A DNA stretch of 64,000 bases from Camelus ferus (lineage: Eukaryota): contig NC_045697.1 in the NCBI RefSeq assembly GCF_009834535.1, forward strand, positions 51,586,001 through 51,650,000, written 5' to 3'. The notes under the pieces were generated by a model. The model had not been told where the DNA came from and searched no databases. It saw only the letters and a list, made by a program, of their open reading frames with translations. Positions within the stretch are counted from its first letter, which is position 1. Each line of letters begins with the position of its first letter. A program made the position numbers and the translations under genes. Shown here piece by piece: positions 51,931 through 63,901 of the stretch.

Positions 51931-53168
51931 GAGAGACCTACCCTTTCCCACAACGGAGTCATACAACGGTTGAATACATCTCCCCTGGTGCCTCATCGTT
52001 CACTTATGGGAGGTTAAGGACTTAGAGGCTTAGTGGGCCTCTATTCTTAAAAGTTTCTTTGCATCTTACTACTTGTTAGTGCTTTTGAGAAGAGGCAAAT
52101 TTGTCAAGAAAACCAAACAGCTCTTAAGGGATGGTGACACGAGCATTCTGTAGGATTGACTTGGCAGGTGTTTCTGTTAGGTTCTTCTTCAGAGGTTGAA
52201 GCAGGGGCCACATTCAAGCCTTCAGACAGAATTCAGACACACAGAAGTTGCAAAACGTCATCACGGAAAACACCACTCTCTGTGACCTGTTAATATGTAT
52301 TTCTTGAAAAAAAAAAGGTGTGGGGGAGGGGAGGCTTTTCCTTGGTTTCGTCAAGTTGGAAAACTCAGGATAAAAACAATGAGTATTTTTACACTCTGTA
52401 GTATGTTTATGTGTGTTGACTCTGGGAGTGGATTACGGAATGCAACATTTCCCAGAAGAGTTCGTTATGGGCCCTCGTAACAACCTGATACACCAGTGTG
52501 CATGCCTGGTTTAGGAAAGTCTACAGTAAACCATGGTGGCCTGAGCTCGATTATGGAGACATTTTTATTCCTTGACATCTCTGAGATCCAAATCAGTCTT
52601 TCCTCATTTTACACCCCTGACACGGCATCTTTGGCCTACAGCTGAAACCAGTCCCGGCTTGTCAAGGGAGCTGACTGAAGCCAGACTGAGCGTTTTTTAT
52701 CAAGGGATGCCACACACAAGCCTTTAGAAACTTAACTCTCAGGAAGTCCTTAAACACTACATCCAAAACAAATTAAATGCCTCATGCTCTAGCTTCAGTC
52801 ATGTATTTCTTGTCCTGACCTCAGTGGAAATTCAGAGCAGCTGATAACTATTATATAATCATTCTCACATATTTGTTTACTGTTAGCAAATCATTCTTGG
52901 TTGTTTCTTTTTAAATGATGAATTATCATAGATCCCTTTAAATCTGTCACACTGAAACAAACATTTGTTTCATTTCTGGCAAATAATCCCACCCATGTCT
53001 GCCTGATGGTAGAACCCTGTTAGGAATGTAATTGTTCAGAAACTTTATAAAAATCGTCTGGGAAGAAATTTGCATATTCCTGAAACACTTCCTTAGCTTT
53101 AAACTTCAGTCCATTTGTGAAATGGCCACTGATTTTTGTGACTAACATTATTATTTTTACTCCTGAAT

Positions 53169-53341
53169 TAGGGTTGCCAGACAAAATAAAAGACGTCCAG
53201 TTAAATTTGAATTTTAGATAAACAATGATACTTTTTTTAGTATAAATATGTCTTACATACTAAAAATTACCTATTGTTTATTGGAAACTCAAATTTGACT
53301 AGCAATTCTGTACCTTTGTTCGCTGCTACCTTGAAACCCTA
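53169..53341 (+). mobile_element. MER53 palindromic hAT MITE, centre partly deleted
   Basis: TAGGGTTGCCAGACAAAATAAAAGACGTCCAGTTAAATTTGAATTTTAGATAAACAA...AAACCCTA, homologous to the copy at 31553. Confidence 0.85.
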
Positions 53342-53499
53342 AAGAGATACTTTGAGGTGCACTCATGTATATTAGCAACCATTCTTGTGTTTTCAGTTTA
53401 AAATAAGCCACATACCTTTTCTGCCTATATTGGAAGCAGAAAATATTCCAAAATACTTGAATAATACCTCTTGTTGGTTCTAATGTTGGCAACTGACTA

Positions 53500-53760
53500 C
53501 TGAGGTCAAGGTCTGAAAGAGTTTCTTCCCTACCACAGTGGGGAGCTTAGAAATCATAAATTCCCTGGTGACTATGTAATCCTAGATAAGTTCCTTAATT
53601 TCTTGAATGTCAGATTCCTCAACTGTTAATGGGGATAACAGTAACTACCTTATAGGCCTGCGGCAAGGATGAGAATAATGTAATTTTTACAATGGGCCTG
53701 AAACAACACATGGGGCTTCCTTCGGCAACATCCCACAAATATTGGTGTGGTGACAGTATG
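53500..53760 (+). mobile_element. MIR SINE
   Basis: GTAATCCTAGATAAGTTCCTTAATTTCTTGAATGTCAGATTCCTCAACTGTTAATGGGGATAACAGTAACTACCT. Confidence 0.7.
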
Positions 53761-54119
53761 TGGTAGGTGTAGTCCTAGGCACCAGGGCGATAATCGTGAA
53801 CTAGACAAAGTCCTAATAGATAATAAACAAGTAGAGAAACAAAGAAGCAAGGGGAGTTTAAATAACAGTAAGACCTAGGCAAAGAAATTGACTGAGTAAA
53901 TAAACAAAAGGGCCATTAGATGAGGGCATGCTGCTTAGAGCACAGGATGAGGGAGGCTCGCCAGGATTGCCCTGGTGGCCCTGAGGAGACCTGTGGGCAG
54001 GGCATTCCAGGCAGGAGTTCTAAATGTGAAGGCAGAGAGAGCTTGGGAGAGAGCCTACTTCTTGGGAGTAAGAGACAAACAGTAGGGCCGGAGTATGAAT
54101 GAGAAGCAGAGTTCTAGAA

Positions 54120-54669
54120 CCGTGTTTCTCAAATTATCTGTGGTGAAGGGAAATTTTTTTTTGCAATACGTTTATAAAATACAAGAAAAATTACCATTAA
54201 AATGAAATGAAGAAAACCACATATAAAATATAAGCCCATATTTCTTAGTTAGATTCAGCAGCATAAAAGCATATTTCAATTAGTGATATCAGAACAAACA
54301 TAACAGAAAAAAAAGAATTACAAAAATGATTACACATTCATTGGAAGCATTCATATAGGCAATTAATACAGCCTGTCCAGTTAGCTTTGCCCACCAATCA
54401 TACAAATGAACGTGGTAGAACATCACACACCAGGTGAGTTTCTTTTTCTTTCTTTCTTTTTTCAAAATTTTGTTGGAGGGAGGTAATTAGGTTCATTTAT
54501 TTAAAAAAAATTTTTTTTAATGGAGGTACTGAGGATTGAACTCAAGACCGCATGCATGCTAAGCATGCGCTCTACCACTGAGCTGTACCCTCCCCCTGCT
54601 ATGCAAGTTCCTTGACCTCACTTTTGCAGGTAGGTGTTGGTGCATGGACCACACATAAGTGGAGAACTG
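54120..54669. mobile_element. hAT-Charlie element (MER5C/Charlie-like) interrupted by a SINE
   Basis: CCGTGTTTCTCAAATTATCTGTGGTGAAGG...GGACCACAC...AGAACTG termini, with 8-bp TSD TTCTAGAA/TTCTAGTC. Confidence 0.7.
54443..54596 (-). mobile_element. vic-1-type SINE
   Basis: Reverse complement GGGGGAGGGTACAGCTCAGTGGTAGAGCGCATGCTTAGCATGCATGCGGTCTTGAGTTCAATCCTCAGTACCTCCA: tRNA-Ala(AGC)-like head plus bipartite tail. Confidence 0.92.
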
Positions 54670-56069
54670 TTCTAGTCAGAGAAAGACTGAGGTCAAAATG
54701 GCCTCAGTTATTAGAAGTTAACATTACTAGAAGTTAAGATTTAATTCCAAGTGCTAGCCAGATAATAAGTTAATAATATTATGAAGAATGCTAATGAAGA
54801 TTGGCCTTTCAAGTCAGCTGTGAAGGAGATGTGATTCTCTTGATCCTAAGCTGCCCAGAAGCTTAGATCTGGGCAAGGTGAGTTCATTATAAAAAATGTC
54901 CAGTCTTCAAAGGTTCCCACCATTGCCATAGCACCAGGTGGTTCTACCTTTCAGTGGCCTGCTAGAAAGAGATTGAAATGGGGAGACAAGATAACTCAAT
55001 TTTAGTCTGACTAGTAGCAAGGCTTGGGCAAGTTTCTTAACATTTCCAGGTCCTAGAGTTTTCTCACTCGTAAAAAACAGGATGGAGGTCTAGGTCATAT
55101 CTCAGGTACTTCTGAATTCTAAAATGTTATAAATCTCGGATTCCAATTGTGTCTTTTTTCATCAATAGAATAAACTTCAGAAAGAAAAATTGATAAATTA
55201 AAATCAAATTAATAAAAATAATTTCCATCAAACTTTTTAATCAAAACAAAGTGGTTTAAAACAAATAATAATTTGATTTTAGTGAAATGAAACTGCTAGA
55301 AAATATTTGAATAGCTAACATTTCTAATATTTACCATATCTTGTCTCTGCACTGGATTTGTTATTAGGAAAGGGTTTCCAGCATACTCTGGTCAAGCTGT
55401 TTATAGGTTCAAAAATTAGTATTCATTCACTTTCTAACTCTTTTATTCTTATTTTAGTCCTCTTTACTATAATTCAAACTTCAGGTTTATTGATTTCTGT
55501 AGAGATACTCTGGGTAGGGAGGTGCCAGAAATAATAAGCATTCCCTTCCTAGAATATTTTAAATGTAAATTTTGAAGTGATGCAAATAGAGATATTCTGG
55601 AAATTATCCCTTTGTCAATTAAATATTTATCGAATGCTTTGTTAAATACTGGAATAATATAAAAATAAATGGTATCCAACCATACCCATGAGATTATGAT
55701 TTATTTGGGGAGAAACATTCGATTTAATGGGTAAGATTCTTTAATTGAGAAAAGTCCAAGTGCTATGAGAACTCTAGGGCTGGAATGGCTAACTTCCTGG
55801 GAGAGGTAAAACAAAAGTGTTTGGGGACATTAGAATGAGATCTTGAAGAATGACAGGATATTTCTGCCCAGGGAAAATGTTTTTGCACAGGTACAGGAGG
55901 GAGAAAGCTGAGTGGAGAAGGCGGGTATTTCTGTGAGGCATTTGGAGGCAACAGGCATGGGCTGCTGGCATATTTTGAAGTTCACTACCATGTTATCAAA
56001 TTTGGAAATTATTCTGTAATAAATGACAATACATTTTAGAGGTTTAAGCACGGAAATGAGAAGAATCAT

Positions 56070-56260
56070 TGTCAAGCCAATAGTGTCAGGCATTTTACCA
56101 ATGTTACTTCACTTAATTGTGATCTTTCCTAGCTCACAAAATGAAGGAACCGAGACTCAAAGAGATTAGTGCACTTCCCCAAAGAGCTAGTAAGTGGCAG
56201 GGCTGGCACTTGGATCTAATTGTTTGACTTCAGAGTTCCCAAAGCCAGGCATTTTACCCT
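56070..56260 (-). mobile_element. MIR SINE
   Basis: ATGAAGGAACCGAGACTCAAAGAGATTAGTGCACTTCCCCAAAGAGCTAGTAAGTGGCAGGGCTGG. Confidence 0.75.
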
Positions 56261-58639
56261 CAGCCCCAGGACTCCAGAGGGGGCGGACGTGTCCCTGGTG
56301 GGAAAAGTTCTCATCCGTCTCGGCTCCCAGGCCACCCAACTTCCAATGCTGCCTTCAAAAGGTTCTCCCCAGGGCATTTTCTGCGCAAGGGGCTGGGAAT
56401 TTACCTAACCTCAGAAAGCAGTGCCCCTCCTTATCAACCGTGGCCTCACGGGGTCTGCCTTCAGGCTTTTCATCCCATTCCGGCAGGTCTGGCAGAGTAG
56501 TTCACAGGCTACAGGGACAAACTTAATTAAATTCAAGTGAGTGTTGTTACGAAGACCTGACAGGCACAGTTGTGTGCAGCTGAATAATTGAGTTGTGCTG
56601 TGGCTTTTTTTTTTTTTTTTCCTTCTCTTTGCCTTCTTGGTGGCAGGCTTTTTTGGGGGGTTTTGTTTTGTTTTCTTTGGGTTTCTAAAGATGACCCTGA
56701 CACTTTTCATAAAGCTGTTTTCTAGTAGGAACGCCCTCCATCAAAGAGACGCAGTTTGGTTGCCAGGCTACCGTGAGAAAAGAGAACTTCGAAGCCACAA
56801 TGCCGGCCTTTTCTTGGAGTATCCAGGGTCTATACTTGCTCACTACAAAAGTACCTCCCATAGACCTCACAGCTAGAACTTCACAGTGTCACTACCTGAA
56901 CCCCAGACTGTCAGACAGGAAGGCACAGCCTCGCCTGGACTAAGCTCACAGCTAGGATCGAAAAACAAACCGTAGCAAATTGGTAGTGAGGAAAAGAAGA
57001 GGTCATTTAGCGATTCGTTTAAAAAAAACATTCATAATAAGCACAGATGAAACCAATTAAGGAGTACTTTTTCTATGCAGTCCTCTGGCACAGGAGAAGA
57101 ATGATGCCTGGGTGACAGAAAGAGGCAGCAAAGGTTTTGCAACTGATTTGCTTACACAGGTTTGGGGGTGGGTGGCTTGTAGTCTGTGCCTAGATGGAAT
57201 GAGCCTTTTCTACCTCAGATTTGGGCTTTCAGGTTGTTTTTGTTTTTGTTTTGTCTTTTGGATTTTTTTGATAATCATTTTTTCTGCTGGCTGTTTATCA
57301 CAGAGCTTACAACTCTGGGGTTCCTCAGTTCCTGCTTCCCTGTTGACAGTCAGGAGTCATCCAGTCTTTGTATTAATTTCTAGTATGAACTATAAAACAT
57401 ATAAATGACAATGGCTATTTTAAAAATTTCTGTTCTTGACATGTGAATCACTGAAAGAATATGGACTGGTAGAAATTTTTAGTTTTTAATCAGTGTATAG
57501 GTTTTTAGATGGGGCTTTTTGCTTGAAAATACTTGAATGTATTTCACTAAGTAAGTCATGCTGTTGTCCAAAGTCATTTGAGTGTTTATAAATTAGATGT
57601 GCACAATACATTGTTTTCTTCTTTTTAAAATATTTTGATCTCATAACTTCTTCCACTCTGATAATGGTAAGGAACTCGGCAGTTCACAAAATGCTATGTT
57701 TTACACAGATTATTTTAAAATCATTATATCTTCTCCAATTCCTGTGATATAGATTAGGGTAGATGTTGTTATCTACATGTTACACATGATAAAACAGAGC
57801 TTAAGTCACTATCCCAGACCACACACTATCTTTGCCAAAACTAGATTGTTTCTCAAAGAAGTTTCCTGATTCTTGTGCTAGAGGGGGTAGGGGGGAAATT
57901 CTGACTCTCAGGGACTCCTTTCCATCCTCTGCTTATTTATTTATTTAGTGGTTTTAGAAAGGTTCCTTCTCTCCTTCTCTGGACCTCTGAAGACCTTTGG
58001 GTTCTCAGGACAACTTTCTAAAATAATACAAACTATGATCATTACTGGCCAGAGATGAATTCTTCTTTGGGTCTCTATGGTTTTCTCTCTTCAATCAGAG
58101 AATATTCTATAAAGTTTTAACTATTAATTTTAAAAAGGATCAAAAAGTGGTCGGTTGATTCATTTGCAATTCAGTCAAAGCTACTGTGGTGGAAATCCTC
58201 TAAATCTATAGATTAAATAACTGAAGCACCTACTAGGTGCTTAATTCAACAAAATATTTAATGAACAGCTAATGTATACCAGACATTGTTCTGAAAGATG
58301 GAGCTCTAGCAGTAAACAAAGAAATTACATGCTCTCCTAAATTGGCAGAGTTCAGTTTCAAACAAACATGTGAGGTCAGGGCTCCAAAAGTTACACCTGA
58401 CACTCCTTGGTTGCTGTTGGCACACTTTTTAAAACGTCTACAGGTGATTCCAATGTGCTACTATTTGTATTTGGAATGTAGCACAAAGCTTTCCCCTCAT
58501 ATTAGGGGACATTATTTTGTTTAAAATGGTCTGTAGAGCTTTGGGATGTAAATGTAAATATTCCTTTTATAAATATCAATCAGAAAATACTGTACTGACA
58601 AATTCATAAAATCTGTGAAGTTTGGACATAAAGATCAGT

Positions 58640-59127
58640 AGGCATTCTTCTGGGAAAATTTTACCTGAGGAGACATTTTGTGGAAACTGTCTATATTTGA
58701 AACTAGGAATTTAATCCATGGAGTTGGTTAAACAGATGAGGGAGGGGCAGAGAAGCCAAACAGAGATCACTGAGCCAGAGATTAGCAACAACACGTTGGG
58801 GAACCCTTGGCTGGAGGAGAGAGGGAGAAGGTTCAGGGGGAGCCAGGCCACATAGCAGAGTGGGAACCCTGGCGGGTCAGTCTAGTAGGAGCTGGAGACC
58901 TCAGTGAAGATGCTGCCCATGGCAAAATGAGGCAGTGATCTCCTGCTTTCTCCCTTCCTCCCATCTTCCAGTACCCTACTAGTGCTTTTCACTGGCCAGT
59001 CCCCAGCAAGTCAGTTGACAAGGGAGTTTGAGAAACACAGGCTGCAGGAATCAGACCCCTTAGGATGTAGCGGAGAGCAGACAAAGAGAAGAATTGAATC
59101 TGATGGACACCGACCCAGGACCAGCAC
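58640..59127 (-). mobile_element. Old ERVL-type solo LTR, subfamily uncertain (LTR41/LTR67-like)
   Basis: CTTTCTCCCTTCCTCCCATCTTCCAGT...CACTGGCCAG...GACAAGGGAGTTTGAGAAACACAGGCTGCAGG...CCCAGGACCAGCAC resembles recalled ERVL LTRs. Confidence 0.5.
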
Positions 59128-59149
59128 TTTTAATGACTTTTCTTTGTTC

Positions 59150-59340
59150 AGAGAGGGCTTTGGAACCAAACTGCTTGGACTCAAATCCTGGCTTTGCTGC
59201 TAATTCTGTGTGTAATCTTGGGCAAGTTACTTAATCTCTCAAAGTCTCATCTTCCTCACCTGTAAAATGAAAACAAAGTAAGAATAACATTATATAACTT
59301 ATATATCATGGTGAAGATTAAATGAAATAATATATTTAGG
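59150..59340 (+). mobile_element. MIR SINE
   Basis: TCAAATCCTGGCTTTGC...ATCTTGGGCAAGTTACTTAATCTCTC...TTCCTCACCTGTAAAATG. Confidence 0.85.
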
Positions 59341-59511
59341 GAGTTATTGTAATCTTTATTATTGTGCATAAGGCATTGTACTAGGTGATGTGAGAAATGT
59401 AACGAAGCCATTACCACCTCAAAGTCATGTGTAATTTATTTTGGGAAGGAAGCACATTGACAGAGCACATAAGGGACTGTACCATCCAGGGGGGGGAGTG
59501 AATGTTGCATG

Positions 59512-59820
59512 CAGGCGTACCTTGTTTTATTGTGCTTCACAGCTATTGCTTTTTTTTTGCAAATTCAAGGATTGTGGCAACCCTGCATTGTCTGATGATG
59601 GTTAGCATTTTTTTAGCAGTAGAGTGTTTTTAAATTAAGGTATGTACATTGTTTTTTTTAGACATGATGCTGTTGCACACTTACTAGACTACTCTATAGT
59701 GTAAATGTAACTTTTATGTGCACTGGGAAACAAAAAAAATCATGTGACCCACTTTATTGCAATACTTGTTTTATTGCAGTGGTCTAGAACCAAACCTGCA
59801 ATGTCTCCAAGGTATGCCTT
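59512..59820 (+). mobile_element. Tigger1 internal-deletion derivative
   Basis: CAGGCGTACCT...GGTATGCCT termini. Interior TGTGGCAACCCTGCATTGTCTGATGATGGTTAGCATTTTT and TTTATTGCAGTGGTCTAGAACCAAACCTGCAATGTCTCCAAGG. Confidence 0.88.
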
Positions 59821-60397
59821 GGTTGACTAAGTATGGAACCACTACATTCAGCTTCCAAGTTGCAAATTGAAATGGATGACATTGTGTGAAATTACTTTTA
59901 ATTTCCAGTAGTATGATTAATGTTTAAATGTCCTAACTAGATTTGTGAGCAAAAGAGCAGTTTGTCTGTTATATTTATTTATTTTTGGATTATAAAAGTA
60001 ATGTTATTCATTGTAGGTAATTACAGTGATACAGAATGATACAAAGAAGAGAACAATAGTTATTGGTAATTTTAACATTCAGAGATGGTCACATAATATT
60101 TGATATATTTTCTACCAGTCCTCTTTTGTGAATGTATATAATGTATATAGTCATTCTTTCACTTATAAAACTTAAAAACTAATTGCGTATAACTATAAAT
60201 TCTAATATTTTTTCATTACTGCATTGGAAAGATTTCTATATATTGTTAAATGTAATTTACAAAAACAATTTTTGTTTATATAACATTGTATATTATATCT
60301 GAATCTTAATTTTATCTGTTTTCTTATATTTGGACGTTTGATGAATTTTCAGTTTTTTCACAATTAGCAATAGTGATGAAGTGGTGTCACTCTAAAC

Positions 60398-60598
60398 CAG
60401 GGAGGTCGAATTCAAATGCCTGCAGGGTCTAGTGAGTCCTACAAAGCCATTAAGTATGGGACAATGTGGAGTGGTGGGGTCTGTGGTAGACACTGGAGAA
60501 TTCATGCTCCATGGAAGCCATTCAAACCACAACCACCAAAACAACAACAATAGACAGGGGCAGGATTTGACATTTGGATTTCTAGTTTGGGACTTCTG
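60398..60598 (+). mobile_element. MER102-like hAT-Charlie element
   Basis: CAGGGAGGTCGAATTCAAATGCCTGCAGGG...GGAGTGGTGGGGTCTGTGG...CTAGTTTGGGACTTCTG. Confidence 0.65.
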
Positions 60599-60680
60599 GA
60601 CATTTATTAACATTTTCCAGAAAAGTACCTGTGGGAAACTGAATGCTTGGCCCAATTCTTCTTCACTGAATCTATGACCC

Positions 60681-61041
60681 TGTGGTGGCTTCATTTTGGA
60701 TGGAGCATACGTCCCTAGTCTTTGACTCACAGTGGGTCTTATGCTTCACTTTGGCTTATGGTCTGTGTCGAGTCTCAGCCCGGGTCCCAAGGAGTCTAGC
60801 ACATTTCCCCTTGCCCTTCTGTGCCTCTGTTTTTACTATGAGAAAAACTTGCTCTGGCTAGCCCATTGGTTTCAGGAGAAGAATGAGACACACATTAGAG
60901 GAGACCACACCAGGAGGAATTTCAGTATGAAGCAGAGCCATCTCTGCTGCCCCAAAAACCCATAAGTGAGAAGTAAATGCTTATTTTTAAAAACCACTGA
61001 AATCTTAAAGGTGTTTGCTATGCACCAATAGTTGAACAATA
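60681..61041 (+). mobile_element. MaLR solo LTR (MLT1I/J-like)
   Basis: CCCTTGCCCTTCTGTGCCTCTG...TATGAGAAAAAC...AGTAAATGCTTATTTTTAAAAACCACTGA...TTGCTATGCACCAATAG. Confidence 0.65.
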
Positions 61042-62133
61042 AAATATCAAATTGTTTTTGAGAAAAATACAGATTTGCGTTCCATTAGCATTGCATGAGG
61101 TAAGAATATCTCATGGTTTGAATTTACATTTTGAATTCATTAAAATTTCACTTTTAATTTTACATACTTATTAATCATTTGTATTTCTCCTTTTGATCAT
61201 GTCCTTTGACAATTAGTCTACTATAGCTTTATTTGTTTGTAGGAGCTGAGCTCCTGACATTATATATTAGAAGTCTAAGACTTCATTCATTCATTCAGCA
61301 AATCTTCTGTGTCAGGCACTGTTCTTAATCTGTAGTCCTTGTTAACAACTTTTTCCCCAAACTGCTATTTACTTCTTAACTTTAGTCTAAGATTATTTTT
61401 ACCACATATGATCAAATTTTTGCTTCTCTGTTTTTTTCTTTGTATTTAATGCATACGAATCAGAAAATGAATTTTTAATCTTAGTTTCTCACTCTGCTTC
61501 TTTTGCAAGTCTCTTTTCTGTGACGCTATGCCTTTCTTCCTCCTACTTGGCCTGATTTTTTTCTCCTTTCTGTCTGTTTTCTTACCCTTTCTGATTTTTT
61601 TATTTTCTAACACTTTCTTTTTCCTATAACTCTAAATATAAGCATATATAAAAGTCAAAAATTTTTTAATTTTAATCTATTACTACAAATTTGAATTTTC
61701 TGCACATACTGTATGAATAAAGCAATTAAGTATTACTTTTCATCTCTCATTAAAACTTAACTACATTAAGTTATTCTTAATTACTTATGGCTCTAAATTA
61801 ATGTTTTAGATGCATATATCTCCCAGCTGAAAATCATTCAAAGCTAAACAATGATTCAGTTCAATAAATATGTAATTTCTATTATGTGCTCCATGGCCCA
61901 TGAGGTCCTCATTAGAAATACTGTAATAAAATGAAAATTGGAGTAAAGAGATCTATCATGATCACAAAATAAATATAATACAATATAGAATATGGCAATT
62001 GCCACAGAAGAGGTACAAAAATATGCATTTAAATATGATTTAAAGAAGGGAGAAGTCACAGCCAATTTGAGAGGTGAAATATTTCTGTGATGGGAAGCTA
62101 TTTGAGATAAACTTTGAAAATGATTCAGTTACA

Positions 62134-62662
62134 TCTGTTAGTTTTACCTGCTCAGAAACCATTTCCTTGTCTTCTGGTATCATTACCTTGCTTTTCCTCT
62201 AGTGACAACCTATCTTCCATTTTTAGGCTGTGTAGTTGGGTGGGGCTGATCCCATCCTTGTTTCATGATTTGCATGTGCCCCAAACCTGACCAATCAGGT
62301 AATGATTATAACCTTGAAGATATATGACCCAGCGCAGTGGAAAGGCATTTTCTTAATATTAGGGCTGCTGAACTTAGAGCTATAGAAGGTTACTACATGG
62401 AGAGATCTTGAAAGTAAACTGAAACCAACACAAAGGAGAGATGAGGTGAGAGATGAAGAGAGAGATAAAGGGAGGCAAAGAGAGAGAAAGAGAGGTAGAA
62501 TGAGAATGACTCTCACATCTTGATAACATGATCAAAGCCTCCACAACCAACTGTTTCTCCAGGTGACATCTAGACTTTTCAGCTTCACAGTCAGTAAATG
62601 TCTTTTTGCTTATGCTTTCTTGAATTAGATTTTAGTTATTTAATAATAAAAGAGTCCTAATG
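62134..62662 (+). mobile_element. MaLR solo LTR (MLT1K/L-like)
   Basis: CCATTTCCTTGTCTTCTGGTA...GGTGGGGCTGATCCCA...GACCAATCAG...GACTTTTCAGCTTCACAGTCAGTAAAT...AAAAGAGTCCTAA. Confidence 0.65.
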
Positions 62663-62929
62663 GGCAGGAATGGGGGACAGGGAGCTGTATTAGGAGCAAA
62701 CAGCATGAGCCTCTGCTGATGAGGGTGGTAAACAGTGGAAGCTTCGTTGGGGAAGAGCAGTCATTTAAAATGAACAGACTGCATTGCATATATAAATATA
62801 TAATATATATGTATATGTATGTGAATAATGTAATATATACATATATACGTAAACAATGGAAAAGAAGTTGGGAAATTATAGTGGATTTTGCATGAGAAGC
62901 TGAAAAGTATATGCTTAGTTGTCTGGGTC

Positions 62930-63013
62930 ATCAGTGTCAAATAGAAATATAATGTGAACTGCAAATGTAATTTTAAATTTCCATTACTCACTTAATAAAG
63001 GTGAAATTAATTT
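62930..63013. mobile_element. MER3/MER33-like hAT fragment, split by L1 and resuming at 63902
   Basis: GTCAAATAGAAATATAATGTGAAC...TGTAATTTTAAATTT...AAAGGTGAAATTAATTT, continuing as AGGTGAAATTAATTTTAATAATAT after the L1. Confidence 0.65.
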
Positions 63014-63901
63014 AATTTAATTTTTACCATTTATTCAAGTTTTTATGTTCTTTAATAAAGTTTTATAGTTTTATTTTTTAATTTTTTAATTGAAGTATAG
63101 TCAGTTTACAATGTTCTTTCAATTTCTGGTGTATAGCATAATAGTTCAGTCATACATATATTCATTTTCATATTCTTTTTTATTATAGGTTACTACAAGG
63201 TATTGAATACAGTTCCCTGTGCTAAAAAGCTTGCTGTTCATCTATTTTATATATAGTAGCTAATATATGCAAATCTCAAACTCCCAATTTATCCCTTCCC
63301 ACTCTCTTTCCCCCCTGGTAACCATAAGTTTGTTTTCTACATCTGTGAGTCTGTTTTTGTTTTGTAAATAAGTTCATTTGTGTCTTTTCTTTTTAGCTTT
63401 CACATAAGTGATATCGTATGGTATTTGCCTTTCTCTTTCTGGCTTATTTCACTTAGTATGACAATCTCCAGTTCCATCCATGTTGCTGCAATTGGCATTA
63501 TTTTATTATTTTTTGTGGCTGAGTAATATTCCATTGTATAAATATACCACAACCTCTTTATCCAGTCATCTGTTGGTGGATATTTAGGTTATTTCCATGT
63601 CTTGGCTATTGTAAGCACTACTTCTGTGAACATTGGGGGTGCATGTATCTTTTCAAATTAGAGTTCCTTCTGGATATATGCCCAGGAATGGGGTTGCTGG
63701 ATCATATGGTAGCTCTGTTTTTAGTTTTTTAAGGAATATCCATACTGTTTTCTATAATGGCTGCACCAAACTACATTTCCACAACAGTGTAGGAGGGTTC
63801 CCTTTTCTCCATACCCTCTCTAGCATTTATCATTTGTGGACTTTTGAATGATGGCCATTCTGACTGGTGTGAGGTGATACCTCATTGTAATTTTGATTTG
63901 C
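63014..63901 (-). mobile_element. 5'-truncated lineage-specific L1 with extra sequence beyond the poly(A)
   Basis: L1 3' end at 63088-63901, of the same family as the 35.5-kb copy. Perfect 15-bp TSD AGGTGAAATTAATTT (62999-63013 / 63902-63916). Confidence 0.93.

Noticed and set aside
54521..54596. Apparent tRNA-Ala(AGC) gene (also near 33937, 36987 and 41372)
   Set aside because: Each has the SINE-specific GGAGGG 5' end, stem mismatches, a shared bipartite A-rich tail and TSD-like flanks. They are SINE heads, not tRNA genes.
22509..63901. Minus-strand bias of young SINEs and L1s as evidence for a plus-strand host gene
   Set aside because: Seven insertions are on minus and three on plus, too few to be informative.
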